Part shown: positions 10,085 through 19,658 of the stretch, piece after piece
Layout: each line of letters begins with the position of its first letter
Numbering within the stretch: position 1 is the stretch's first letter
Source: Phycisphaerae bacterium
GTDB taxonomy: Bacteria; Planctomycetota; Phycisphaerae; UBA1845; Fen-1342
Length of the DNA: 64,000 nt
Direction of reading: 5' to 3'
Assembly (NCBI GenBank): GCA_963675745.2
Contig: CAXXWX010000013.1
Location: 121,523-185,522, forward strand
The notes under the pieces: model-generated
The model's database searches: none
What the model saw: the letters and a program-made list of their open reading frames with translations, nothing else
Told to the model about the DNA's origin: nothing
Translations under genes and position numbers: made by a program

Positions 10085-10452
10085 CCTTCTGTATCCTGTG
10101 GACGATAAAGCCATTGGAGCAGCCAGGTTCCGATGGCTCAGCCAGACGCGTCGCGCGTCGAACACATCCACGCCTGGGGTTACTTAAGAGTGATATTGAA
10201 TGCGTTTTGAAGACCAGCGGCTTTGTGAGCCGCTACGCCGTTTCCCCATTCCCATCCCCATTCCGACCAGAACAGTTTCCGCCGCGCCCGCCGCTATTGG
10301 GCAGCGCATCCTGGAGCAATCCCGGCCAGCGCAATGCCTGGAAGCCAAATTGCAGGCGGCTGAATGACCCAGCGCGCGTCGCGCAGCGGGCAGATTCACG
10401 ACTTACCAAGCCAACAAGCGGTCGAGGCACGGCCCGACCGATGGAGCGTCAA

Positions 10453-11895
10453 ATGACACAAGCAGTAAGTAGTTACACGGCAGCACCAGCGTCGCCGGAT
10501 GAGCGACGATCACAGCAACGGACCTCCGGCAAGCGCCGCCACCTGCGGCGTCCTGAACGGCGGTCCACAAGCATCAGGAATGCCCCGCGGCGTGCGGAGT
10601 CCGTCGGGGCAGCAGGGGCGTTCGCCGATTTGGGATTGTCCCGCCCGCTGCTCGCCGCGTTGGAACGCGTCGGATTCGAGACGCCGACGGACATTCAGCG
10701 CGAACTGATTCCAGCCGCACTCACGGGCCGGGACTGCCTGGGACAGGCCCGTACAGGCACCGGCAAGACCGCCGCGTTCACCTTGCCCATGCTGCAACTC
10801 GTGCAGCCTGGTCTGGGGATTCAGGCACTGGTGTTAGTACCGACCCGCGAACTCGCGGCCCAGGTTGGCGAGCATGTGCAGATGCTGAGCCCCCAAAGTC
10901 CGCCGCGTACATTGGTTGTCTATGGCGGCACCAGCGTGGGATCCAATCTGCACAGCCTCCGCGAGCGAATCGACATCGTGGTCGGAACGCCCGGACGCAT
11001 CCTTGATTTGATTCAACGCGGAGCGCTTGACTTGAACGGCGTGAAACTCGCGGTGCTTGATGAGGTGGATCGAATGCTCGACATCGGGTTCCGCGACGAT
11101 ATTCGCCGTATCATGGCGAAGGTGGCCCGCGAGCGTCAGACGATCTTCGTCTCGGCCACGCTTACCGAGGACATCCGCCGCCTGGCGCAAGGCATCATGC
11201 GTAACCCGACGGAAATCAACGTTTCGGCAGACTGCCTGACGGTCAGCGATGTCAAGCAGGACTACATGAGCGTTGATGCGCTCGACAAGTTTGAGGCCCT
11301 GCGCAAGTTCCTGAAGCGCACCAGCCCGCACCTCGCCATCGTCTTCACCCGAACGAAACACGGGGCAAGCAAAATAGCGCGCAAACTGGGGCGGGCGAAC
11401 GTGGCTTGCGCCGAGATTCACGGCGGCCTCGCGCAAGCGCGGCGCACGCGAGTGCTCAACGACCTGCGCGCGGGGCGGCTGAAAGTGCTCGTGGCGACCG
11501 ATCTGGCCTCACGCGGTCTCGATGTGACAGGCGTCTCACACATCGTGAATTATGATATCCCCATCGACCCGGCCGTTTACGTCCACCGCATCGGCCGCAC
11601 GGCCCGCATGGGCAACAGCGGCCATGCGCTCACCTTGGTGACGCCGGAGCAAGGCCGCGAATTGACCGACATCGAGACGCTGATCAACCAGGAGCTGACC
11701 CGGGTCGATGCGTCCGTTCATGGGCGCACGAAAGACCAACCGGCTTGTGGTTCCTCGGTTAGTGGTGAAGCGCCAGCGGCCGCAGTGGGATCGCCGTGCG
11801 TGGTGCAGAGTGAACCAACGGATGCGGTGCCTGCCGGCAAGCGCCCACGTCGGACACTTGGAAGCAAGTTCCCGCGTTCGCGTCGCCGGCGCTAG
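10453..11895 (+). CDS. DEAD-box ATP-dependent RNA helicase
   Basis: Q motif (PTDIQ), ARTGTGKT, PTRELA, TPGR, DEVD, SAT, RGLD, HRIGRTAR; GGAG RBS before the ATG at 10453; basic N- and C-terminal tails. Confidence 0.93.
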   Translation: MTQAVSSYTAAPASPDERRSQQRTSGKRRHLRRPERRSTSIRNAPRRAESVGAAGAFADLGLSRPLLAALERVGFETPTDIQRELIPAALTGRDCLGQARTGTGKTAAFTLPMLQLVQPGLGIQALVLVPTRELAAQVGEHVQMLSPQSPPRTLVVYGGTSVGSNLHSLRERIDIVVGTPGRILDLIQRGALDLNGVKLAVLDEVDRMLDIGFRDDIRRIMAKVARERQTIFVSATLTEDIRRLAQGIMRNPTEINVSADCLTVSDVKQDYMSVDALDKFEALRKFLKRTSPHLAIVFTRTKHGASKIARKLGRANVACAEIHGGLAQARRTRVLNDLRAGRLKVLVATDLASRGLDVTGVSHIVNYDIPIDPAVYVHRIGRTARMGNSGHALTLVTPEQGRELTDIETLINQELTRVDASVHGRTKDQPACGSSVSGEAPAAAVGSPCVVQSEPTDAVPAGKRPRRTLGSKFPRSRRRR

Positions 11896-11948
11896 TGCCG
11901 TTTCTGCTGGCCGCATTTCGTGCTTTGCCCCGCGCCTCATCGTAACAC

Positions 11949-11973
11949 GTAGCGGCCGGCGCCTCGCCGGCCG
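11949..11973 (+). repeat. GTAG-type REP-like palindrome
   Basis: gtag-cggccggcg-cct-cgccggccg; related copies at 16101, 18543, 27452 and 27507. Confidence 0.75.
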
Positions 11974-12177
11974 CGCGGTATCGGAGACGCCGTTGGCTCA
12001 TTCCGCCCGGCAATGGCATGGCGCCGCCGATTGACGCATCTGGTTGGGGGACGGGGCCACAGACGCGCTCTTGTGTGGCCCGCGGCTCTCGGGGAAGATG
12101 GATGGTGGTAACCGCTGCCCCGATTGGAACGGGTTGCGGCTGACGCGCCTCGGCCCACGGCCACGGATCTGGCAATC

Positions 12178-12654
12178 ATGTCGACACCGGCCTCGGAGCA
12201 TCGTGAGATCATTGGGTGGCGCGAGTACGTTTCGTTTCCCGAGTGGGGCGTCGACAGAATTGAGGCCAAGATCGACACCGGCGCCCGCACGAGTGCAATC
12301 CATGTGAAAGATGTCGTGAAGCTGAAGGGCGGCCGTGTGCGCTTTCATCTCGTGACCAGACGCGGCAAAGCGGGCAAGCCGGACAAGACCGCCGTCGTGA
12401 GAGCCGACCTCGTTCGAACCACGCGCGTGCGTTCGAGTATCGGGCACTCGCAGGAGCGCTACGTGGTGGCAACAACGATCCGCATCGGAGGCACGCGCCG
12501 GCGCATCGAGCTCAGCCTGGTATGTCGCGCTAGAATGATCTGTCGGATGCTGCTCGGTCGCCTGGCCCTGGAGGGCTTCCTGATCGACGCCTCGCGCAAG
12601 TACATCTTTCCGCGTCCGGCCAAGACCACAGCCAAGCCGAGGGAACGACGATGA
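12178..12654 (+). CDS. RimK-associated retropepsin-like protease (RimB / 'ATP-dependent zinc protease' family)
   Basis: IIGWRE..., AKIDTGARTSAIH, VRSSIG..QERYVV, MLLGR; overlaps the rimK start (ATGA). Confidence 0.9.
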   Translation: MSTPASEHREIIGWREYVSFPEWGVDRIEAKIDTGARTSAIHVKDVVKLKGGRVRFHLVTRRGKAGKPDKTAVVRADLVRTTRVRSSIGHSQERYVVATTIRIGGTRRRIELSLVCRARMICRMLLGRLALEGFLIDASRKYIFPRPAKTTAKPRERR

Positions 12655-13862
12655 AAATTGCCATTCTATCCCGCAGCCCAAAGGCCTACAGCACCGCACG
12701 CTTGAAGCAGGCCGCCCGTGCGCGGGGTCACAAGGTCTTCGTGCTGGATACGATGAAGTTTGCCATTTCGCTTGAGCAGCGCTACCCGAATCTCTACTAC
12801 AAAGGCAAAACGCTCAGCAGTTACGACGCGGTTGTTCCGAGAATCGGGGCCTCGGTCACGCACTTCGGGACGGCGGTCGTGCGACAATTCGAGCAGATGG
12901 GAGTGTTCTGCGCCAACTCCGCGCTCGGTATTGCTCACTCCGGCGATAAGCTGCGCAGTTTGCAGATTCTCAGCAAGCACGACGTCGGCATCCCGGAGAC
13001 CGAGTTCGTACGCGCCAAAACCGATGTGCTTCCCGCGATCGAGAGAGTGGGCGGAGCACCGGTTATCATCAAACTCCTCGAGGGAACGCAAGGTGTCGGC
13101 GTGATTCTGGCCGAGTCGCGCAAGGTCGCCGAGGCGATCATCGAGACCCTTCAGAGCGCCAAGCAGAACGTGCTGATCCAGAAATTCGTGGCCGAAAGCA
13201 AGGGCACGGACATTCGAGCCTTCGTGGTCGGCGATCGGGTAGTGGCCGCCATGCGCCGCACGGCGCAAGGCCAGGAGTTCCGCAGCAACGTACACCGCGG
13301 AGGCACGGCCGAGTCGATCACACTCGACCCGGCCTACGAAGAGACCGCCGTCAGGGCCGCACAGATCATCGGCCTGCGGGTGGCTGGCGTCGACATGTTG
13401 GAGGGCAAAGACGGGCCACAGATAATGGAGGTCAACTCATCGCCCGGACTCGAGGGCATCGAGCGGGCAACCAATGCGGATGTGGCGGGGGCCGTCATCG
13501 AGTTTGTGGCCGACCAGATCGCCTTTCCCGAGATGGACATGCGGCAGCGCCTGACGGTGAGCCGAGGTTACGGGGCCGCGGAGATACTGGTTTCATCGAA
13601 GTCGGATTTATGCGGCAAGGCCATCGAGGAAACCGGCCTGCGCCTCATCGATGTTGTCGTGCTCAGCATAACGCGCGGCAGGAAGGTGATTGCGAACCCC
13701 CGTGGCGCAAGGAAGCTGCGCTCCGGCGATCGGCTGCTCTGCTTTGGCAAGCTCGAGGCCATGCGCTCGCTGATCCCGCAGCGGAAGCGCCGACGAATCA
13801 GACGGCTGACCAAGAAGGCAATTCAGGAGGCGGCCAGCCCGGAGACGGCGGCGGGGGTGTGA
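12651..13862 (+). CDS. rimK: RimK-family alpha-L-glutamate ligase with C-terminal TrkA-C (RCK_C)-like domain
   Basis: MKIAILSR...YST.RL, PRIGAS, DKLRSLQIL, KLLEGTQGVGV, FRSNVHRGG, EVNSSPGLEGIE; extra ~100-aa C-terminal ..GKAIEE..LR..DVVVLSITRG....NP....L..GDRLL. Confidence 0.92.
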   Translation: MKIAILSRSPKAYSTARLKQAARARGHKVFVLDTMKFAISLEQRYPNLYYKGKTLSSYDAVVPRIGASVTHFGTAVVRQFEQMGVFCANSALGIAHSGDKLRSLQILSKHDVGIPETEFVRAKTDVLPAIERVGGAPVIIKLLEGTQGVGVILAESRKVAEAIIETLQSAKQNVLIQKFVAESKGTDIRAFVVGDRVVAAMRRTAQGQEFRSNVHRGGTAESITLDPAYEETAVRAAQIIGLRVAGVDMLEGKDGPQIMEVNSSPGLEGIERATNADVAGAVIEFVADQIAFPEMDMRQRLTVSRGYGAAEILVSSKSDLCGKAIEETGLRLIDVVVLSITRGRKVIANPRGARKLRSGDRLLCFGKLEAMRSLIPQRKRRRIRRLTKKAIQEAASPETAAGV

Positions 13863-13875
13863 GCGTGTGGCAACG

Positions 13876-14952
13876 ATGAGGCCAATCCGCATCGGCACAA
13901 CTCAGATCGAGCCCGGTCAACGGTGCGACACCGAGCTTACCGCGACCGAAAGCTACAGCGGCATACCGGTGCGCATTCCGGTTACCGTGTGGTGCGCGCG
14001 CAAACCGGGACCGTGTGTTTTCGTGACCGCCGCTGTCCATGGTGATGAGCTCAATGGCGTGGGAATCGTCCGCGAGCTACTGCTGAACCCGCCATTCGAG
14101 CTCGACGCCGGCGCGCTGATTCTCGTGCCCGTCGTCAATATGCTGGGGCTGGATCGGCACCAGCGCTATCTGCCTGACCGCCGAGACCTGAACCGCTCGT
14201 TTCCCGGGAACTCGACGGGAAGCCTGGCCAAGCGCTTTGCGCATGTGCTGTTCGAGGCGGTTGTACCTCAATGCGACTATGGGATCGACCTGCACACCGC
14301 GGCACTGCGGCGCACCAACTACCCCAATGTCCGGGCTGACTTGCGGCAGTCGGAGACCAAGCGCCTGGCGTTTGCGCTGGGCAGTGAGCTCGTCATCAAT
14401 GGCAAGGGCCCCGAAGGTTCACTACGCCGGTCGGCCTGCGCCGTGGGGTGCCCGACTATAGTGCTCGAGGCCGGCGAGGTGTGGAAGATCGAGCCGACGG
14501 TGGTCGAGTTTGGCGTGCGCGGCATCCGCAACGTGCTGATCGAGTTGGGAATGATTGCCGGTGCGGTCACGCCGCCGTCGTATCAGGTCCGCATCGACAA
14601 GACCAAGTGGATTCGCGCGGAAGTCGGGGGAATACTACAGTTTCACGTGGCCCCGGGAGATGTCGTCGAGGAAGGACAGGCCTTGGCGACGAACTCTGAT
14701 CTGCACGGTCGCGAGAAGAACGTCATCCGTTCGCCCGTGGAAGGTGTTGTCATCGGTATGACAACACTTCCCGCGGTCACGCCGGGTGATGCGATCTGCC
14801 ACGTGGCGATTCCGCCGCGGCGTGGTATCCGAGCTATCAGGCGCGCGCGGTCACGTGCCCCGGATGAGGCACTCGATGAACGGGTCCGCGATGAGCTATC
14901 GACCAGCGTCTCGGTAACCGAACCTCGCGCGGGACATGCAGCGCGAGAGTGA
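13876..14952 (+). CDS. Succinylglutamate desuccinylase/aspartoacylase family (M14-like) hydrolase
   Basis: AAVHGDELNG, RDLNRSFPG, IDLHT, LEAGE. Confidence 0.9.
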   Translation: MRPIRIGTTQIEPGQRCDTELTATESYSGIPVRIPVTVWCARKPGPCVFVTAAVHGDELNGVGIVRELLLNPPFELDAGALILVPVVNMLGLDRHQRYLPDRRDLNRSFPGNSTGSLAKRFAHVLFEAVVPQCDYGIDLHTAALRRTNYPNVRADLRQSETKRLAFALGSELVINGKGPEGSLRRSACAVGCPTIVLEAGEVWKIEPTVVEFGVRGIRNVLIELGMIAGAVTPPSYQVRIDKTKWIRAEVGGILQFHVAPGDVVEEGQALATNSDLHGREKNVIRSPVEGVVIGMTTLPAVTPGDAICHVAIPPRRGIRAIRRARSRAPDEALDERVRDELSTSVSVTEPRAGHAARE

Positions 14953-15048
14953 CATCCTCAGAGACGGCCCGCCGCACGACGAAACTCGGCGACATCATGA
15001 TGCGCGATCCGCGATCGCGCATTCGGGACGCTACACGCTGTGGGTGCG

Positions 15049-15363
15049 CTATCCGCTTGCGACAGGCTTGGAACAGCACGCGTGGTCGCCCGCCGGGGCT
15101 GTCTTTTCCGCCGGCTTGCGCAGCCTGGCTTGGCGGGTGCCCGCATTGAGGACGTTCACGATCTCGTCGGCTGTGAAACCGCGTTCGATCATCTGTTCCG
15201 TCAGGTCCGCCTCGCGCCGCGTCTGTTGAACCTTCCGCCACTCGATGGCGATGATGGACCCCAGCACGACGACTCCCACCACAAACCAGACGGCCACCAC
15301 GACCAGCAGATCTCGATCACCCAGCAGTGTGTTCCAGTCCATTTCAGCCAACACCGGCGACAT
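15049..15363 (-). CDS. Small single-TM hypothetical protein
   Basis: One TM segment followed by L..QMIERGFTADEI..VL motif. Confidence 0.65.
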   Translation of the reverse strand: MSPVLAEMDWNTLLGDRDLLVVVAVWFVVGVVVLGSIIAIEWRKVQQTRREADLTEQMIERGFTADEIVNVLNAGTRQARLRKPAEKTAPAGDHACCSKPVASG

Positions 15364-15564
15364 GCCAATTCTCCATTTGAGAAAGCGAGCGGCACGCTTC
15401 GCGGACGAACCGTACGTAAGCGTATTCAGTATCGCCGAGCGATTATTGCGGTCCGGCGGGGATATTGTACGGAAATCAGGAGTGGGCGCGGGAAGTGCCG
15501 ACGTGGGTCGTCACGCCGTGCCGAAAAGCAGCACCGCGCGTCAGCGACCAGCCCGATTTGGCAG

Positions 15565-16020
15565 CTATTCGAGAATCTTGATCGGTCGCCCGGTGTGCGA
15601 TGCTCTGGGAAGCGGTAGTAGCCGGCCGATGGCGTAATGGCCCGGGCCGGCGATCAGGATGGGTGCCGACAGGCCGATAAGTGCCAGGTTGTATTCAAAC
15701 CCGCCGGCGCTGAGGAAGAAGCCGTTCTTGCCGTGTACGGTGGCGATGGCGCCGATCATGATCACGATGAGCGAGGCCGACGAGAATCGGCAGAGGAAGC
15801 CGATGATCAGCCCCGCGCCGCCGAAGAACTCACCGATGGCGACCGGATAGCCGATCGGCCCCATGTGCTCGACGGTTGCGGCCAGCCCCGAACCGCCGAA
15901 CGCCCCGAACACCTTCTGCGCGCCGTGGGCGGCGAAGATGACTCCGACAACGACCCGCACGACGAGCAACGCGAAATCCACCGCCGGCCGATCCAGCGAC
16001 ACGGTTGGTCTTGCATTCAT
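15565..16020 (-). CDS. DoxX family membrane protein
   Basis: RVVVGVIFAAHGAQK.FG, EFFGG, GGFEYNL, GPG.YAI. Confidence 0.9.
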   Translation of the reverse strand: MNARPTVSLDRPAVDFALLVVRVVVGVIFAAHGAQKVFGAFGGSGLAATVEHMGPIGYPVAIGEFFGGAGLIIGFLCRFSSASLIVIMIGAIATVHGKNGFFLSAGGFEYNLALIGLSAPILIAGPGHYAIGRLLPLPRASHTGRPIKILE

Positions 16021-16100
16021 GTTCGCACCTGCCTACTCAATCTGTCTTCACAGCCAAACGCGCTCGTAAACGCCGCGCATTCTCTGATTGTAGTGGCCAG

Positions 16101-16126
16101 GTAGCGGCCGACCCCCGAGTCGGCCG
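16101..16126 (+). repeat. GTAG-type REP-like palindrome (variant)
   Basis: gtag-cggccgac-ccccga-gtcggccg. Confidence 0.6.
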
Positions 16127-16204
16127 TAGCGCCGTCGCTGCAAGCCCCGAGGGCGTAGAGTACTCGGCCAGAGCGGTTTCAGAGACGATCTGTCACGTGG
16201 CAGT

Positions 16205-16264
16205 GTGCCACGGCTCTGTGAGCCGTGAGATTCACATGGCCGTGCCACGGCTCTGTGAGCCGTG
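16205..16264. repeat. Direct doublet of a 23-bp palindromic element
   Basis: gtgccacggctctgtgagccgtg at 16205-16227 and 16242-16264; each folds as cacggctc-tgt-gagccgtg. Confidence 0.85.
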
Positions 16265-16327
16265 CGATTAGTGTCCAGGCCGCACTGCTCGAGAGCAGTG
16301 GCACACGGGACCGTTGCCGGAAACGCC

Positions 16328-16939
16328 CTAGGCCGGCTTCTCGAAGACTTGCAGGTAGAAGTGCTCGCCCGCGCGCTCCAGCGCCGTCGGGATCAGCGGA
16401 ATCCGCTGCTGTAGCTCCGCGGGGGAGAACCGCAGTTCCATCGGCGGTCCGAAAGGTGTGTCCTGCTTGTCAATCTCGACAATAGCCAGCCGCGCCCGCG
16501 GTTTCAGGATGCGGATCAGCTCGTTTTGAAAGCCGGCCATCTGGCTCGGCGAGAAGCCGTGTACGACGGTGGCGAGGTAGACCAGGTCGATCGACGCGTC
16601 GGGCAGGGGGGTTCGGGTGGTGATGTCGCCGACGAGGGCCTGGATGTTGCTGTATTTCGTGTCGCGCTGAAGTTGGGCGATGGCCTCTTCGTCGGGGTCG
16701 AGCGCATACACGACTCCCTTGTTGTCCATCGCCGCGGCGAAGGCCCGGGACATGTACCCATCCCCGCAGCCGGCGTCCAGAATCGTCTGGCCGGGTGTGA
16801 TCTCCAAGGCCGCCAGTATCGCGGTCTTGTCGAGCAGGCTCTCGGATGATTTGCCTTTGTGGTGATGCTCGGCCGCCGCGCACTCTCTGCCGGCGTCATC
16901 GTGGTCGTGCGTTGATTCGGGTGCGGGTCGATCGCTCAT
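16328..16939 (-). CDS. Class I SAM-dependent methyltransferase with His-rich N-terminus
   Basis: ILDAGCGDG, VYALD, DLVY...VVH, RILKP; GGAAGG RBS. Confidence 0.88.
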   Translation of the reverse strand: MSDRPAPESTHDHDDAGRECAAAEHHHKGKSSESLLDKTAILAALEITPGQTILDAGCGDGYMSRAFAAAMDNKGVVYALDPDEEAIAQLQRDTKYSNIQALVGDITTRTPLPDASIDLVYLATVVHGFSPSQMAGFQNELIRILKPRARLAIVEIDKQDTPFGPPMELRFSPAELQQRIPLIPTALERAGEHFYLQVFEKPA

Positions 16940-17301
16940 ATGGCCTTCCTCTACATCAATCGGCGGACCAAGATTATACGCGCAGCAAGGTTGACCGCAC
17001 GCAGAGCACAACCGCCGGCGCTTGACTCGCATGGAATGTGACCGGATGCAAACGAATGGTTACAGGCGACCACTTGCGCCCGCCACGGCGCCGCACGCGA
17101 GTGGTGTGCCAGACAACACCCGATGTCGCACCACGATTAATGATTGGCCCATGTGGCTCACGTACACCGCTCAAGTACATTGGCACCGGGCGCTTCATAA
17201 CGTGCTCAAGGCCGTCGATGTCGAGCCGGACGACCCTCTCCGCCGCGACCATAGCCCTTATGCACCAGTAGTACCCAATGCCAGCGAGGTGTTACCGGTC
17301 G

Positions 17302-18150
17302 TTATGCTCCGTCGCGCTTCTTGCATCGCTTGCTTCCTTTCGGCGAGCCTTGCGGCAGGGCTGCGAGAGCGAATCCACAGAACCACACCAGGAATGACTC
17401 TATGTCGTAGCTCAATCGAAGAGCATTTACCCGGATCACCGTTGGCGTCGCCAGGGGCGCATGCTGAGCGTCTTGGTCTGGGACGATTAGGCTGAGGTCA
17501 AGCTCGAACCCACCATCGGGATAACCCATGCACCGCCAATGCTTTGGCCCCGCGTGAACGATGAACTTGTCTCGAACAGCTTTCAGGGGCATCTCAAACC
17601 AACCGGTGTGATCACGAATTCGTTCAGCGTACTTCGGCCATCCCGCCGTCTGCGCCGGTACCTTGCAGAAAAACTTCCTATGCTCGCTGAAAGAGGTGAA
17701 GCTCGGAAGCTGCTCGCCGACGAGGAAGAATCGCGATAACCCCACCGCGCGATCCAGGAGGATACGGCTGTGGAGGAGAAGGTTGATGATGTCATATTCA
17801 AGGAACTTGGCGATGCCTCTTCGCTGCTTTGCCAGCGCTCGCTCCCTTGGTGTGAACTGGCGCCGACCGACTGTCTCGCGCAGACGTGAATAGCGAGCCG
17901 CGATCGACATGCCCTTCAGATAACGTTCAAAGGACAGGTAGTAGAACCGGTACGCGTCCTGGTATCGAGATTGAATCGTGCTGAGGATGGACGGCCCTCT
18001 GTCGTCAATCGCTTCAAGGAGCGGGCCAATAGGGTCGTGGCGAATGCGCTTCAACTCGGCGCGGATGTTCGGCCGGCGGCCAATCGGCTCGTGCCCCAGC
18101 AGCCATGTAGGTTGTCTGGTCGACGCAGACAAGTGTCGCACTCCTGACAT
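17302..18150 (-). CDS. Hypothetical protein, candidate HEPN-domain RNase
   Basis: Helical protein with ..SRILLDR.. and an Rx5H motif (RDKFIVH); codon usage differs from flanking genes; GAAGGA RBS. Confidence 0.55.
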   Translation of the reverse strand: MSGVRHLSASTRQPTWLLGHEPIGRRPNIRAELKRIRHDPIGPLLEAIDDRGPSILSTIQSRYQDAYRFYYLSFERYLKGMSIAARYSRLRETVGRRQFTPRERALAKQRRGIAKFLEYDIINLLLHSRILLDRAVGLSRFFLVGEQLPSFTSFSEHRKFFCKVPAQTAGWPKYAERIRDHTGWFEMPLKAVRDKFIVHAGPKHWRCMGYPDGGFELDLSLIVPDQDAQHAPLATPTVIRVNALRLSYDIESFLVWFCGFALAALPQGSPKGSKRCKKRDGA

Positions 18151-18542
18151 GGTCCTTCGGCTGCCGTGTCGCTAGCCTCGCCGCTCGCGCTCGGACTCAC
18201 ATGGCACTCACGGTTGTAGTACAGGCTGTCAGCCACTGCAGCTTGCGCGGTTGGTCCAGTTAGCAACCGCAGTAGACGACGCGCGTATCACGCAAGGCCG
18301 GCGGACGGACGCGATCCGAAGCGCCCATAATAGTGATCGGCGCGTTTACTTTGCCTTGACAGTTCCGCGCGCGGTCACGGGATGTTTCACTCGACGGCTG
18401 TTTCTCCCTCGTGCTCTTGCGCAGCATGGACAACAGGATGACGCGCCGGCGGGGTTCGGTCAATGCGCGCGCAGGGTGAGGTGGACGTAGACGAATGGCG
18501 TCTCGCGAGTTGTTTTCAGCGAGCGGCGTTGAATGCCGCCAT

Positions 18543-18567
18543 CGGCCGGCGAGGCGCCGGCCGTTAC
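18543..18567 (-). repeat. GTAG-type REP-like palindrome (GTAA variant)
   Basis: Reverse complement reads gtaa-cggccggcg-cct-cgccggccg. Confidence 0.7.
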
Positions 18568-18678
18568 CGGGGCGCACGGTGGATGTAGCGCATCCTCGGC
18601 CGACGGGGCCGTCGGCCACCACGGCGGCGTGCGGCGGGCTGTTGTGTGTTCTTGGCCAACGGGGCGTTGGCGGCCGCG

Positions 18679-19365
18679 CTATGGCTTGCGGAGGCGCATG
18701 GCCAGGAGCATTGGCCAGCCGAGGTATTTCTCGGCGCGCGGGGCGCGGGCGGCAAGGTCGGCGTCGGCGCGGCGTTCGATCAGCTCGTCGATCGTGAAGC
18801 CGGCGCGCAGCGCGGACAGGACGTAGTCGGCGTAGGTGTGCTCAAACGCCGCCACGCGGACTTCTTCGCCGGTGTGCGGGTCGGCGAAGCGGGCGGTGAT
18901 GCCGCGCAGGTTCATCGCCGGGTGCAATACCGTGAAAATCAGCGACCCGCCGGGGCGCAACACGCGATGCAGGTCGCGCATTGTGACGACGAGATCGGTG
19001 AGATGGTCGGCGACCAGGGCCAGCAGGACCAGGTCGTACGCCCCGTCCGGCGCGGGAAGCGCGTCGGGCAGCGTGTGCTCGATGAAGCGCGCGCCGCTGT
19101 CGCCGAGCTTGGCGCGGGCCCGGGCCATCATGCCGGTTGAGGTGTCATAAGCGTCCACGTCAGCACCGGCGCCGGCGAGCCAGACGCTATGGCGTCCGGT
19201 GCCACAACCCACGTCCGCCACACGCAGCCCGCGAACCTGGCCGGCCCATTCGCGGACGACCGGCTCTTCGAGAACGATGAGCGGGTTGAGCTCGCCGTCA
19301 TAGATTTCCGCCCAGCGTTCGTAGCCGGCGCTCACATCGAGATGAAGTGGTTCCGCCATCTGCAT
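18679..19365 (-). CDS. Class I SAM-dependent methyltransferase
   Basis: GYERWAEIYD, VADVGCGTGRH, RVLRPGG. Confidence 0.9.
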   Translation of the reverse strand: MQMAEPLHLDVSAGYERWAEIYDGELNPLIVLEEPVVREWAGQVRGLRVADVGCGTGRHSVWLAGAGADVDAYDTSTGMMARARAKLGDSGARFIEHTLPDALPAPDGAYDLVLLALVADHLTDLVVTMRDLHRVLRPGGSLIFTVLHPAMNLRGITARFADPHTGEEVRVAAFEHTYADYVLSALRAGFTIDELIERRADADLAARAPRAEKYLGWPMLLAMRLRKP

Positions 19366-19658
19366 ATCCCCAAGTGGTCATGGCACGGCCTGGACGCGAA
19401 CCGCCGTGCCCAAGCGCCGCGAGTGTAACACATCCGCCCGGGTATGTGGTCAGGTGGCGGCGATGACTGGAAACCGGGGGGCTGTGGCAGCTCCGGCGGG
19501 ACTCAGCTTTCACGTGGCCACGATCACCCCAGCACTTCGTGCCGGGCTATGCTCATCTCGTGCGGGACGGCATGGCTGCGACCGGCCGATTGTGTCGCGG
19601 AACTGGGAACCGGGCACGGCCGGGCGTGGCCCTGTGGTTGCAATGCTGTCTGCACCAT

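Noticed and set aside
10072..10452. N-terminal extension of the helicase ORF to 10072
   Set aside because: It starts inside the predicted promoter, lacks an RBS and has non-protein-like composition; the ATG at 10453 has a GGAG RBS.
16205..16264. Possible CRISPR mini-array
   Set aside because: Only two repeats with a 14-nt spacer, and no cas genes in the window.
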